From Marsupella aquatica (lineage: Eukaryota; Plantae; Marchantiophyta), in contig OZ316899.1 in assembly GCA_973895155.1 (NCBI GenBank), positions 14,969,974 through 15,033,973 on the forward strand: a DNA stretch of 64,000 nucleotides, read 5' to 3'. Positions within the stretch are counted from its first letter, which is position 1; the number at the start of each line of letters is the position of its first letter. Below are positions 23,215 through 36,584 of this stretch, in pieces. A model generated the notes under the pieces. That model was given only the letters and a program-made list of their open reading frames with translations. It was not told the DNA's origin and ran no database searches. Position numbers and translations under genes: made by a program.

Positions 23215-25403
23215 GCAGGGTGGCAATCTCCGCAGTATCACGCTGGGCCCGCTCTTCGGCCTCCTCTAGGTCTTTCTGCCAGATGACAGTTTGGTTCTTC
23301 AAACTGTCAACCTGGGTCCAGAGCCGTGCAATCTCGGCCTCCTTCCCAGCTAAGGTGGTAAGGGCATGCGCATTTGCTAACAACTCATCGGCGGCTGCAA
23401 CCTTGGGTCGTAGTTGCAGAAGCTCAGCCTCTTGAGCCGCAACTTCATCCTTTAGGTACACGGACTCAACCCGGTACCGCTCTATCCGCTGAAGGGCCTC
23501 CGATTGAGCCCGACCTGCCTTTACTGCGGTAACCAACTCCTGATTGAAGAAGTAGGCTACCTTCCGAGCCATGAACTCCTCGGTATCCTGGGCTATCTGT
23601 TGGGAGAAATCTCCCAAAAGCCCATTTAGAAATGTACCCGGTACAAAGAGTTCCGGGTGGTCCAGGTTATGCCCGTCTGGAGTTGGGCACGGGCAGACGT
23701 TAACTCGCATGGGAGCCGGGGTAGTGACATCCAGCCCTGGGGATGTAGTGTTGGAAGGGGCTGGAGTGTCCTCCTCCACCATCGGGCTGTCCTCTAGAAT
23801 AGCCACTGGTAGGTCTTCTGGACCCTTGGGCAAGGCCTCCACCGCCCCGACTTCTACACCAGGCCCAGCCTGGTTGATCGCGTCTAAGGTTGCAATCACT
23901 GCCTCTTCCGGTACTTCTTTGGCCACGGCTACCGCTACCTATGGAGGTTGGATGGGTGAGGCTTGCGTCGCCACCAGACTTTGGGCCTTGGGTTGAGGCC
24001 GTCTCTCCAAGGTCGGGAAGATCCACTTAGTCTTGACCAACTTAGTTACGTTGACCCGGGGAAGGGTTTGTCGATCAAACCGGGCGTACCACTCGAGAAT
24101 GATCTCAATGTGGCTCGCAAAATATGCCTTCCCGCCGATGTATAGCGACTTCCTTCGCCGCTCCATCTCTTCATGGAACTTCTTAGCGAAGTACAAAGCC
24201 CACTTCCTAGGTCGATAGTTCTCGACCTGGATAACCTGGGCAGCGGAGATCTTGCCCAGGGTTCTATCATGTGGAGGGCGTACCTCTGGAACTCCAGCCG
24301 CTCAGTTATCTCGGGGATGAGGCAGGTCCTCATCACGAACCCATTGTCCACTGACCCCTCGGAGGGAAAACTTGAGGATTGGTACTTGGCTCCCTTGCCC
24401 CCAGGAGCCCATGATTCAACTCGGTGATCGCCCTTGGGTAGCCCAAAGATCATCCTGAGCCGCTCCTCTGTGAGGGACATATTCCTCCCCCGCAGCCGAG
24501 TATACTGACGGACGTTGTCATAATTCTTGATAAACTCCATCATGTCCTCCCCGTAGTATTTGCAAGTGTTCCAGGGGAGAGAGGCGAGGTGCTTGAACCC
24601 CTGAGTCTTCAAGTACACCGCATGTTTGGGGTGGAGGATGTTCTTATGCACGTTTTCCCCCATGCGGTGTATTTTACCTTGGCCGCGGCTACCGTGGCCA
24701 TGGGTAGCCCGGATACATCTGCGGGTTCCTTCCTCTTCTTTCCCCGAGACTGCTCCTGTGATGGCTCGGGGAGGGTGACACCTCCCCATCCTCCCGATCG
24801 GGTATGGGTAGTGCCACCGCCGTTAGTATTGGGGCTGGGGAGGCTACGGTCACCGTGTTATCCGCTGGAGCCGCTACTCGGGTCCGGGCCTGGGGAAGGG
24901 GCGATGTAGTGCCGGCTCCCTGGGTGCTTGCTCCTCTAGGCCGTCTAAGCAGGGGTAAGGTATTGTCTTCGTCCTTGCTGAGGTCCACAGCGTTGACGAC
25001 GGAGCGTACTTGTACTGGTGGGGCGACCAGCGGTGGGGATCGGCTAGGTTGAGGTTGAGGTTGAGGCTGAGGCTGAGACTGAGCCTGAGCTTGGACTGGT
25101 GCGGGTACGGGCATGGCTGGGCTGGCACCGGTGGTCGATGGTGTAGTTGCCATGAAATTCTGTAGGTGCTAGTAGACGCCCTTGTAGATCGGGTAGCGCT
25201 GGACTTGCTATTGATGATGTCCCGGACCCGAGCGGGGATGTGGTCAAAGTGGTGCCGCTGTAAGTTGATCGTGCCCGGGATATTGAAGACCTCGTCCGGG
25301 AGCCAAAGCAATGCCTCCCAGAAGCCGATATATTTGCCTTCTTTGAAGAAGTACCCTGATATTTCTTCGGGTCGGTAAAGCTCGCTCTGGGACGGGTAAT
25401 CAA
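22734..25403 (-). pseudogene. Distant homolog of the LTR ORF (PMD-like domain plus coiled coil), frameshifted
   Basis: LASLPW...MMEFIKNYD...TRLRGRNMSLTEERLRMIFGLPKG...NGFVMRTCLIPEITERLEF aligns by eye with FVRLPW...LLEFVGSWE...TRVYGKDFYLTPRVIAEVFGLPMG...NGFFRNTCTNPHIGEMIDF. Confidence 0.7.
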
Positions 25404-26025
25404 AGTTAAGGAGATAGTGATGGCGGCTTGCTAGGCGGATGGCTCTCTCGTACTCACGTTCGATCTCGTATCATCGCGGGTTGGCGTGTTTCAACGAGTT
25501 GGCCAAGTGCCCTCCGATGGACAGGAACTGCGTCCAAAATCGTATGGCCGAACTGGAAAGGATCATGTGCAACATTCAGAGGAGATGGAAGGCGACTAAG
25601 GATAAGCAAGAGAACTAGGGTCAAAGCTGGCGCGTGGACTGAAGAACTGGTGCACTGCAAAGGATCGGCCCCTTTTTATACCCTGAGAGCTTGTCGATTG
25701 CCCGTCGCCTCCTCATCGCTTATAGGCCGAGCCTTTCACACTTGCAGTGTACCGGCCACTCCGCCAGTCCAGGTCAGCGAGTGTCAGTGGCCGCCTTCCA
25801 AAGTTTGTTATATGGACCCGAGGGGGAAAGGGGAGGGCCCATTACACGCTCGCAGTCCAGGCGTGCGAATGGCGACCCGCCGCCAGCCCAAACACAAACA
25901 CCCTTATTGACTAATGATTTCCTACTCATAATGGCTACCTAAATACTGTCGTTATGCTAATAATTATGGCCTAAGATACCTCTATTGCGCGTGCTAAGCG
26001 TGGTTAGGCCAAATCATTTATTAGC

Positions 26026-29000
26026 CACCGTACCAACGACGTCACTAGATGCACTATTCCAGCTATTCCACAAAAAACTCTTGCCCCAACCAAACACTCT
26101 CCCTAGGTGTGTGAGGGAAGCTAAGAAGTTGTTAACCTCAATTGGATTGGCTTTAGAGACTATCCACATGTGTCCAAGTGGTTGCATCCTGTACAGAGGG
26201 ACATACTCTAAGCATATAGAGTGCCCAGAGGCACAATGTAAGCTTCCATGGTACTGACCGGATACCATCAGCAAAAAGATCCTAGAGAAGGTGATGTCCT
26301 CCTCCTCCTGGCGGTGTTACGTTTGATAGAACGTTGTTTCAATTATTCAAACGTAGTTTTGCTCATATTCCTCGTCATTTCCGACGTACGCACATGTACG
26401 TCCTTTCTAAAGACGTAACTTACGTCTCCAAATGACCAGTTAGTTTTTTACGTTGTCTATTACATGGTACACATATATTTACGTCGTTTATTAAGATGTA
26501 AAATGAAGTAGCCGACATTACTAACATCGCTGAGAAACTTTACGTCGCATGTTACGTTGTACGGGTGTATTTACGTCATGTGAGATGACGTTAAATTTGA
26601 TTTAATGTTGTAGTGATGGTTGTAACACTGTTTATGGCAGGTCTTCAAGTATTTCCCGATCACACCCTGACTACAACATCTTTATTGACGGAAACATTTA
26701 TCAACACTTCAAACATGGCATGCTGAGAACAAATCTCCACCAGGGATTATGCGGTATCACCACAATAGTCCAGCATGGAAGCACATCAACAGCACTTGGC
26801 CGGATTTTTCTAGGGAGCCAAGGAACGTTTGATTGGGGTTAGCAATAGATGGGGTAAACCCATACAAGCAACGACAGAAGCCTAAGTCCATATGGCCAGT
26901 TCTTTTGCTCAATCAAAATATCCCTCCATGGTTGGCAATGAAGAAGGATCATGTTCTCCTCCTTGCTATCATTCCGGGTCCTCAGGCCTATAAGAATCCA
27001 GACATTTGTTTGGCTCCAGCTTATGAAGAGTTGCAGAAGCTATGGGAGTTTGGGCAGTGACCACAGATGTGACTCGTACACCGGATAATGGGAGGACATT
27101 TAATATGAGAGCAATGATCACCCATTGCACCACGGATGGTCTAGGTAATTCTCAGTCATAGAAATAATTGAGACATACATTGTGCATGGTTCTATTGCAT
27201 GTGACAATGGTTTTTGGCCTGAATGTTTTAAATGTCATTGACAGATATGGGCACAATATCTGGCTTGAAAGTGGCCGGTTATTCAGCTTGCCCTTCATGT
27301 GGTCCTGAGTTGCATGGGAGATACTCTAAGCGTCTACACAAAACCACATATGACGGCAGTAGGGTTCGTTTGCCAATGGATGATATATTGCGACATAACA
27401 CCACACATTGGGCTGAGACTGAGTTTAGGCCGTGTCCCAATGGGCCTTCAGCTGAGGGTCAAATTCAAATGGCGGAGAAAGTGGAGGCAAAGTTACTTCA
27501 ACCTAAGCACTGTGGTGTCAATTGTCGCTCAGCTTTGTGGGACTTGCCTTATTGGAGGGTAAGTAAAATCAGATTGGACCTATTTTAAGTTAGTGACTTG
27601 CAGTATTCTATTTATGAGTTTCTCACTAGCAAAACCTGGTTCTTCATCTTGTAGAGGCTCTAGATCTGATGGTTGTTGGACCCCATGTATATTGAATTAA
27701 ATGTTGCCAAGAACCTGGTGAAGCACATTTATGGGATGAATGGTACTCGTGGGGTCCGAGAGGATGCAAAGCAGGTTGGAGTGGTCAAGAGTTGTTGGAT
27801 AACTCGAGATGGGGAGAAGCCACCTGCTCCTTGGGTTTCCCCAAAACAGATTTTGAAGGAGATCAACGGGATGATATGTGAAATGAAGTTCCCTAGCCAT
27901 TACGGAGCCGGCTTCCGTGGGTGCACTACAAGGGAAGACCACATACCCCCAATAGGCTTGAAGTCTCACAATTATCACAAGTTGATTCAACAATTGTGTT
28001 ACCTGCTGTCTTGCGTTGTTGTGATGATTCTAGAGAGCGACGCCTACTCCGACATACAGTATATGAGTTGTGCTCCATTTTCAGGTTAGCATAGTCTTGT
28101 TGGCATATATTTATGATATGATCATTGCATATGTTTATCATACTAATAATTTGACAAAATCTTGAGTACCCCTTACAGGTGGGTATGCGCCAAGGAAATA
28201 AAGGAGAGTGAGATTCCAGAGATGAGGGAATGGTCTGCCCGTGTTATGTGCAATATGGAGAAGGTCTTTCCCCCATGTATTTTTGACATGCAGTTGCATT
28301 TGCTATGTCATCTGGTGGATGAGGTAGCCATTGCTGGTCCAGTGCATGCGCGGTGGATGTATTGGGTAGAGCGGTTCATGAAAGTGCTAAAGTCTTGGGT
28401 GCACCAACCCGCTCGACCAGAGGGAAGTATGGCAACAGGGTATATTATGTCGGAGTGCCTGTTCTACTCAAGCGGGGTGATAGGGAGTTTGGACACACAA
28501 GCTCCCACAGCTTGGGAAGAGGCACAAGATGATGACAATGGTGGGTTGCAAGTGATGGGCACATCAAAGAAGTGATCATTACATGATGACATTTTTGCCG
28601 ACAGATCCACAATTATGTGTTGGAGAACCGCACCGAGATGTCAGATTGGAGAGAGTTGTATAGGTAGGGACGTAATCCTTCATGTTGAGTCCTACTTAGA
28701 TTTAAAATGTACATTCAAGGTTGTTGGCACAAATTGGGATCTAATGTATATGTGACCCAGTACTTGCAGGGCATGGGTGGAGCAGTAGTGGATAGGGGCA
28801 GCACGAGACCGTGTTCATGCATCATTTTGCATATGGGCCTTGGAGCGCATGGAGGGGCTCCTTGCAGTGCATGGCCCTACATTCATTCCCATTGATGTAC
28901 AGAACATCATTAGGGGCCCTTCGATGTGGGCTATGAGTCATACTCACATGTATGAGTCAGGGCACCACTTTCGAACTTGGAGGACGGACCATATGAAGAA

Positions 29001-29385
29001 GAGTACTTGTAACTTTGGAGTATATATGGTGACCGATGTAGGTGATGTTGAGGTTCCTTATTGTGGCATTGTCTTGGATATTTTGGATGTTAATTTTGGC
29101 TTGTTTACCACCACGGTGTTAGAGGTGAGGTGGCACAAGTCCATCATGTCACCTCCAGCAAGAGCTACCATGGTGAAGGATGAGTGTGGATTTTATCGTG
29201 TGGACACGACCCATGTTGCACCAAGCGGGACTGAGTTTAGTGACACTATAGTTTTTCCTAGCCAAGTGGATCAATGCATTATGGTTCCGATGCACAGCAT
29301 GGGAGGATGGTGCATTGTGATTCCCATCTTTCCACGCCGTAGGAAGGGCTTCATGCCATCAGCTATTGCAGACGATGAGGATTGA
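26026..29385 (+). pseudogene. CACTA TnpD transposase of element D (5'-truncated, multi-exon, many stops)
   Basis: LLPQPNTLP...IHMCPSGCILYR; GLAIDGVNPY...SIWPV; GLKSHNYH; FDMQLHLLCHLVDE...GPVHARWMYWVERFMK; DECGF...FPSQVDQ. Confidence 0.9.
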
Positions 29386-30037
29386 CATGATAGACTCACT
29401 ATCCCCATTTGTATTGATTGTTGTCACGGTTTTCATATAAACAGACATATTTCATGGCCTAGGCATCTGTCAATTTGGAGAGTGGGATGGGCTTGTTAAT
29501 CACTTGGTAAAGAAAACAAGTAACAACCATACATTTATGGACATGATCCCTCGGCCTTCTGCTACAAGGGATAACTGTCATTAACGTCGTCCGACCAATT
29601 TTACGTCAATGCCAAATTCTCTAACGTCATTTATAGCTATGCAAACTCGACGTAACGGGAGTTAACGTTGTGTACCAAACCATCAGCCGATGTTATAAGG
29701 GATTATTAACGTCGTTCTATACTTCATATCATAGTAAAAACAACATTCTTAACAATGTATGGCGTGACAAAAATATATTACCTCGAGTAGAACAAAGTTA
29801 ATAATTTAGATACGACGTTCCAATCAACGTACTAAATTTTCTTCAACGTTAATCACAGGAAAAAGATACAACATTCAAACCACACAATTGTTGCGACAAA
29901 TAGCACTCATGGATGTGTTTATTGCTGCACATGGACCAAATAGAGATACACAATAGCTCTACCATCCTTTCTATTGCAAATGTAGCCTACATGAGTCATG
30001 GTCATCCCTCTACACCCTCCCTCCAGACTGATGTTGA

Positions 30038-30598
30038 TTAAGGAGTCCCTTCTCCAGACCAGTAGTACTCCTCGTCCGCTTTCCTCTTCTTGTACAAAGC
30101 ACGCCTTTGGCTGGCATTCCAATTCTTCCGCACAATAGCTTCACCGGCCTGTAGCCTCTGAGCCTCCACCTCGGCTGCACAACTTTCCTTGTAATCAAAC
30201 ATAGCAATATGAAGTTCAGTGGGTGACAAGTCACATTTAGACAAGGTGGGAGGGTAGGCCTCACCATCATCATCCTCGGACAAATCTTCCAGACCACGAT
30301 CATTGCTCGGATGCAACAAGAACTCTCCTGGATCCAACTACTTTTTGGCAAGAATGGAGCACTCTACCCACCGAGTAGAGATGAAATGCACGGTTTTAGC
30401 GAAATGCTCGATCAAGCCAGCATAGTCACTGAAGTGCTCCACAACCTGTTTCCACGTATTTGCAATCAAGAAATTGGTGTGTGAGGTACATAGCTTGTCA
30501 ACAAGCCCTCCACGGCAAAAGTACCCTCGAACCATCTTCTCCTCCTCACCAAGCGGGAGGAAACAACAATGCACATTTGCAAAGAACTTCCGCACCAT
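30038..30598 (-). pseudogene. Single-BRCT cargo gene, antisense to TnpD of D, one in-frame TAG
   Basis: FFANVHCCF...RGGLV...TNFLIANTW...FISTRWVECSI; continues in frame after TAG 30338 (LDPGEFLL...). Confidence 0.6.
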
Positions 30599-31299
30599 AG
30601 TTGAACACTTTGCCTCCCACGGTTCAACTTCTCTACACTGAGGACCTTTGATGTCTTCACTCGAGAATGCTGGCTATAGTGAGCCTCCCGCCTATAGTTC
30701 AGTCTGTCCTCCGCTGATATGTGGAATTAACGTCGTTTTTCTCGATGCACGTATGGTATTCTATGACGACGCATCTGCAGATACGTCATTCCAAATGCCT
30801 AAACTTAAGAATGTCGTCCTATACATCGTTCTCATTTATGTCTTCTGGGAACAGGTAAGTTACCACGTCTAGTAAGACGTTATGTGAGGTACAACGTAAG
30901 ATACGAGGTAACTTACCGTGTCTTAAAGGACGTAAAGTTAACGTCACACAAATCGACATTATCTGATCCCATCGAAACTCCGAATGACATCCAACAATAG
31001 TCCGGAGCTTAACGATGTATAGTCTGACGTTAATGGAAGGAACGTCGTCTTGGGTTAGGTTAAACCTGGTCCCGAAATGCAAAAATTTAGTTGTGCATAG
31101 GCCTATTTAATTGCAAAAAATACTTTCTATAAAGTTTTTAGGGGTTTTTTTAATAAAAATGACAAAATTTAAAGAAAGAAAGGGCTTTGAAAAAATTTAT
31201 TTTTCACTTATAAGTTAGGGGGGTCAAACCCTAAAACATCGCACGCGATGTATGGCCCTCCATATAGTGACCCCCCCGAGTTTCATCACTTAAAGAAGG

Positions 31300-34200
31300 A
31301 GAAATGGTCTCTTGAGAGGAGATTGATGCTCCTGGCGTAGCTCCCAAGGATTAACAGTGGTTTGTGGGTGAGGAGATTTCCAACGCAACCAAGGGCTTGG
31401 TTGGATTGGTGAGGATTAAACGGAGTCTTATTCTTGCGGAGTGGCTGCGGTGGTGTATGGTGAATCTGTTGGTGGCTGATTCAGGGAGATGCACTCGGAG
31501 GGAAGCAAATATGGTGGAAGGGGACGGATCGATAGCACAAACAAAATGGAATGGAAATGGGGAGATGTGGTGGACGAGCCGGGAGTGACTCAACAACGTG
31601 ATGCTCTGGAGTGATGATCCAAGTGATAATCACATACAAAGAAAGGACTGCGAATAAAAGGGCCATTCTGAGGAAGAAGAGTTTTGGTACTCAAGATAGT
31701 GAGTGAATGTGGGCGGTCGGCAAATACAAGGTAAGTTTGCGAGAAGCCCTTGAAGCTCGTGTTCTTGAGTGGTTGTAACAGTAGATGGATACAAAGGAGT
31801 TGGCTACACAAAAGGTTTAGCATGATGGGAGAACAAGGGGTAGACTATTATGGATCCTCGGGGCGTCGGTTTGCTCAGGTTGGACGGATGGTAGGTGGTC
31901 CTGCTACGTCGATGACGCAGCTGCTCCCTAAAGCTACATGCAAGGGAATTTGGCTGGAGGGTGAGGATAGGGGGAGAGCACAGAATATGGGGGGAGAGAG
32001 CGGAGGACCTGTGTTCTCTGCGTAGGATGCGCGTTCGGGTAGAATCAAACCAAGTAGAACTTCACCTTCTGCTGGTCGGATCTTCTGTCGAGAGGAGATG
32101 AATGAGCAGGCGCACCTGGTAAAGGAAATTAGACCTATGCTAAACAAGGAGAGAAAAAAGGTGATACCAAGAATTGTGAATGACACAGTGGGAGCGGTGT
32201 TGGATCATGTTACCTTTCAGCCCTGGGGGAAGGAAATAGAGGTGAGAGCTAGGAGGGAATGTTGGTCAATGGAACTCAACGGAGGGGAGAGAGGAGCCAC
32301 GGGAGGAAAGGGAGATGCGAGGAGATTCTCTAGACAAGGAAGAACGCATCAGTATCCTTTGCAAAATTGCTATTAGATCCAAAGGTGATCTTGATAAGCG
32401 ACTATTTGCAGAGGTGGATTGGAATCTACGTGAAGCAACACGGAATGTGAGGCAATTATATAATTGTGCTCTCATTTGCTACTTCACTAGGAGAACACCG
32501 TTCCTCACGGAATTCAGAGCCTAGGTTGAGGAGGTGATGACCATTCAGGAGAATTGGCCAGTTTTACAAGTCAAGTTTGTTGGGAAAAACTTTTACATGA
32601 TTGTATTTGAGAACCCTAATCATAGGGACATGGCTCTCAACTATGCGCCTTGGTTCATGGACAGATGATTTGTCTATACATTCCCATGGGATCCGTCCTT
32701 TGGTGTAAAATGTGAGAGCTTTACTAAACTCCCGGTTTGGATTGAGATCCCATTCTGGGACCTTGCACTCGAAGGCTGCCAAAGAACGATAGGTAGTTTG
32801 CTAGGGACGCTGCTTTACTACATTCAAGGGAATGAATTCAGCTCATACCTCCATGATTGAGCTTGCATTCTTTGGGATACGGATTGAGAAGTGCCTGCTA
32901 GTGTTAAGATTTGGATTTGAGATGACATTGTTATTTGGCAACCAGTAACATTTAAAAACATTCCATATCACTGCTACCGATGCAATCAAAGAGGTCATCT
33001 GGCTCGAAATTGTAAAGCCAACTTGGAGGCTGACGGCTTAGTGCAGTCTGAAGTGGAACGCTAGAGGAAAAAGATGATGAGAGACATTTAGAGGTGGATC
33101 ATGAGGAGGTGCTACGAGCAGAAGCAAATGCTAAAGAGCGAGCTCTTTTTTGATCAACTATTGTGCCCCCGCATGAGGTAATATCCATTTCATGTGAGAA
33201 AGAAAGTGCTCAATTGGGATTGATTGTGGGCAACCCTGAACCCGGAGGTGCTGCACAGCTGGCCTTGGTTACTCAACAGAATGTGCTTCCTGTGGGTGAG
33301 ATCTCAAAGACAGGATTGGGTGATGGAGTAATGGTCCCGTCTTTGGGCTTGGTTGACTGTATCACTGACTCATAAGCTCTTCTGGTAGCCCAGGATCCAC
33401 CTTTGAATACCATTGACCCTTCACTTGGGGCACAACTCACCCTGAGTTTTACTTTGGACAGGGGAATTGACCCCCCTGCTTCCAACTTGGGTGCTGGAAA
33501 TGACGAGACCTTCTCTTTCCATGAGGAATCTGATGTTGAGATGTCTGAATATGAGGCATACATCTCACATAGAAAATTCAAGGCTTGAGCACGTAAACAA
33601 GAGCTTTGCACCCGCCTTTTGAGAAGACGGAGAAGAATAAAGGAGAGGCCAAGAAACAAAGATCACTCAGATTCTCACGCGGTGCTATGTGTAATGCAGG
33701 CAGCGCGGATTGCTTGAGGAATAATTGACTGAGGTGCAGCCTTCCAGGAGGGCATGATAACTTGACTGGGGACCCTGAGAGTGCTCCACAATGCGGAATG
33801 GAGAATATAGCCTCTCCCATGCGGGTCTCTTCAGCAAGGTCCATTAGTGGCTACATGAGTGGACCTATGGACCGTGATGTGATGGGGATGTCCCTGGTGG
33901 ACGTAATCAAATTTGAGAAATAGGGGACGGGAGGAGGCTGCGCTACAAACTAACCAGGGCATAGTAGCAGGATGGAAGGAATATTTAGACTGGCATTGTG
34001 GAATGTCTGCGGACTGTGTGAACCTAACCGCAAGCATATAATTAAGAACTGGGTAAGTTCATTGAGGGTGCCACTGGGAATACTGGCATTACAAGAAGTT
34101 AAAGCGGATAAATTTAGGCTCGATGGGGCGTTGAGAGCTATTCTCCCTATGTTTCAACATTTCTCTTCTGAGCCGGATGAAGGCAAAGGGGAATTGCATT

Positions 34201-34620
34201 ACTTGTTCACCCAAGGCTGAAGGTGGTGAGCTCGGGAACACTAGACTTGGGAAGGGCAGTGTGGGCAGTGGTTGAGAAGGAAGCCATGACATTCGGGGTA
34301 GCCTGTATCTATGCCCCCAACTCAGCACGATTAAGATCACTTTTATGGAATGATTTGAAGGTTTTGCTGCCACACAATGACTGGCTGTTGTGTGGTGATT
34401 TCAACATGACGGAACGTTGCACGGACTCAATGGGTACCTCACCATTGATTTGAGGTAGAGAGGCTGAATTCTGGAGATTTTTGAAGATGAGATTTAATCT
34501 TACTGATGCGTGGGATCTTAGAGGAGGAGCAGTGGGCCCTCATTTCACATGGAGGAGGAATAGGAATGGAGTGTTGATACAGTCTAGCTGGATAGGATTA
34601 TGTTAGTGAAAGTGGTGGAT
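31300..34620 (+). mobile_element. Plant L1-type LINE, 5' part (ORF1 DUF4283 + CCHC; ORF2 endonuclease), decayed and 3'-truncated
   Basis: APWFM...FPWDPSF...LPVWIEIP; CYRCNQRGHLARNC near 32970; WNVCGL...LALQEVK...IYAPNS...WLLCGDFN...FTW from 33972. Confidence 0.85.
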
Positions 34621-34627
34621 GGCTTAG

Positions 34628-34727
34628 CGAAGTTGAGCTTATTCACGATGGGGGATACTGTTGAGCTCAGCAAAGTTGAGCTCATTCACGAAGTTGAGCT
34701 CATTCACGAAGTTGAGCTCATTCACGA
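34628..34727. repeat. 18-bp tandem repeat GAAGTTGAGCTCATTCAC at the LINE breakpoint
   Basis: Three consecutive units plus degenerate copies. Confidence 0.8.
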
Positions 34728-34739
34728 TTCTGATACTGT

Positions 34740-36584
34740 TCCATTGCTTTAAGTATCGGAAGCGGCATCGGACCCCTCGTAAGAACAATGAGTTTTTTTA
34801 AATGTTGCTCTTTCACTCAATTCCACTTTAGGAGTACGGTAGGGGTAGGGGTTTGCATTCTTCAGTACCCTAAGAAGGCATGGGACCCCTTACAAGAATT
34901 GGGAAAAGTTGGGCCGATGCAAAGACTAGTTTTCATGCTAATGGGTTTCTCGTTTGGTATTGTGATGTGGTAGGAGCGGGACTAGGGTCAACCTATTGGG
35001 CCGTCAGAGAGGGAGTTAGCAAAGAGGGATGGACCCCGAGCTCTTAAGCTCCACCTTGAGGAGTTGGGAGAGGTAATTGGTGTTGAATTGGCCCTATATA
35101 GATTCACATTGTTTTTGGTTGTAGTCAATATTAGAGAGCTTTCAAGGAACTATGTTTTCAAATGCAATTTAACCCTACTTATGTATTGTGCAGGATGAGG
35201 AGACAGGGTTTGATGAGGGAGAGGAGGGTGAGAGTGAGGAGGGTGAGGGAGAGGGAGAGGAGGGTGAGGGTGAGGGTGAGGAGGAGGGTGATGGTGATGG
35301 TGAAGAAGGAGAGGATGGTGAGGGAGAGGAGGGAGATGATTATGAGGCGTCTGTGCCCTTAGAGGGTGCGGCAGAGCGATCAGGGAGGGTGCCCCGAGTT
35401 ACCCCTACCACTGCAGTCCCTCATGTTGCCCCCACATCAGCACAGAGGGGTAGGTCACATGGTGTTCATGGTGTGGCCTCCCATCAGTCGGGAGTGTCAC
35501 AGAGTGCGAGGCCCGGCCCCTCAGAGGGTAGTACAGGTGGCACGGGACCAGGCCATTGCTCTGGAGTACTATCCGGTACACCTGGCTCTTCTCAACGAGT
35601 GGGCCGTGACATGGAGGATGGTGGTTCTAGGGGGCGAGCGGCATCACGTGAGTCTGGTGGGAGTACCGCACGACATGGGCCACAGACAGCATCTGCAGGG
35701 GATGCATCCCATCACTCTCACAGGTCTACTGGAGGGGAGACGGCTCCTTCCACTCTGCCGTGTCAGGGGGTTTAGAGACATCTGTTGCACCTCAGCATCC
35801 TAGCGGTGCATCTAGTGGGTCAGGGTCCCGGCCAGCATCAGGCCAACCCACTGGTGAGCAGGTGGTTGCCACGGTTGTGGGCAGCCAGAGAGAGGAGGGG
35901 TCTTGTGTTCCTGGACCTGTACCACCCCGTCGTTCTCGCCCGAAGAAGAAGAAGGGATGCAACACACCTTTTTAGAGCTTAGTGGCATGACCTAGATATA
36001 TAGTGCATGGTAGCTTTTATACTAGCATATATGTACCGTCTAGTATAGTAAGCTACCTAGGCTACTACATATTGTACATACTGGGGGGTTTCCCTTTTTG
36101 AATATGACATTTTGAGCTTGTACATATAACATTCTTTTGCATCAATCATAATTTAACCCAATTTGGCCCATTTCACCATGAAACTAACCCTAAACCCTCA
36201 AATACCAACCACATGAGGCCCACTCTTCTATCAAGAAAGAATCACCCTTGTCTGTTACTAGTCCAATGCAATATACATCGGAAAATCACATAATTATCCC
36301 ATGCTTTCAGTATCGGGACATCCGATACTCCGCTCTTCGCACAGTCCTATACTAAACGCATTGGACCCCTCGTCCAGCAAGCATGACAAAAATCCAATGT
36401 CCGATACCAAACACTTCGGACCATCCGATATAAAAACAATGGGATTTTCCGATACATTCAACATTGGACCTTCCGATTTGTAATCCAACGGATGTTGCGA
36501 TACTAAAAGCATCAAAAATTCAAAGGTCCAATGTTATAAATTTGGATGTATTGGAAGGATCATTTGGATATGTTTTTTGGAAGA
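34740..36584 (+). mobile_element. Second fragment of a C-like CACTA (3' exons of the TnpA-like gene plus TCCGA spacer)
   Basis: Homologous to ~18140-19950: same splice sites, SGSGSRPASGQP...GSQREEGS...RPKKKKGxNTPF, same downstream motif cluster. Confidence 0.75.

Larger units (their letters stand above)
22017..26025 (-). mobile_element. Diverged coding-LTR/retroelement fragment (third family)
   Basis: Candidate ...ACACA end at 22017; encodes a distant homolog of the LTR ORF; 5' end apparently deleted. Confidence 0.55.

Noticed and set aside
35188-35345. Stand-alone Glu/Gly-rich protein
   Set aside because: Low-complexity start of the last exon of the TnpA-like fragment (acceptor near 35193).
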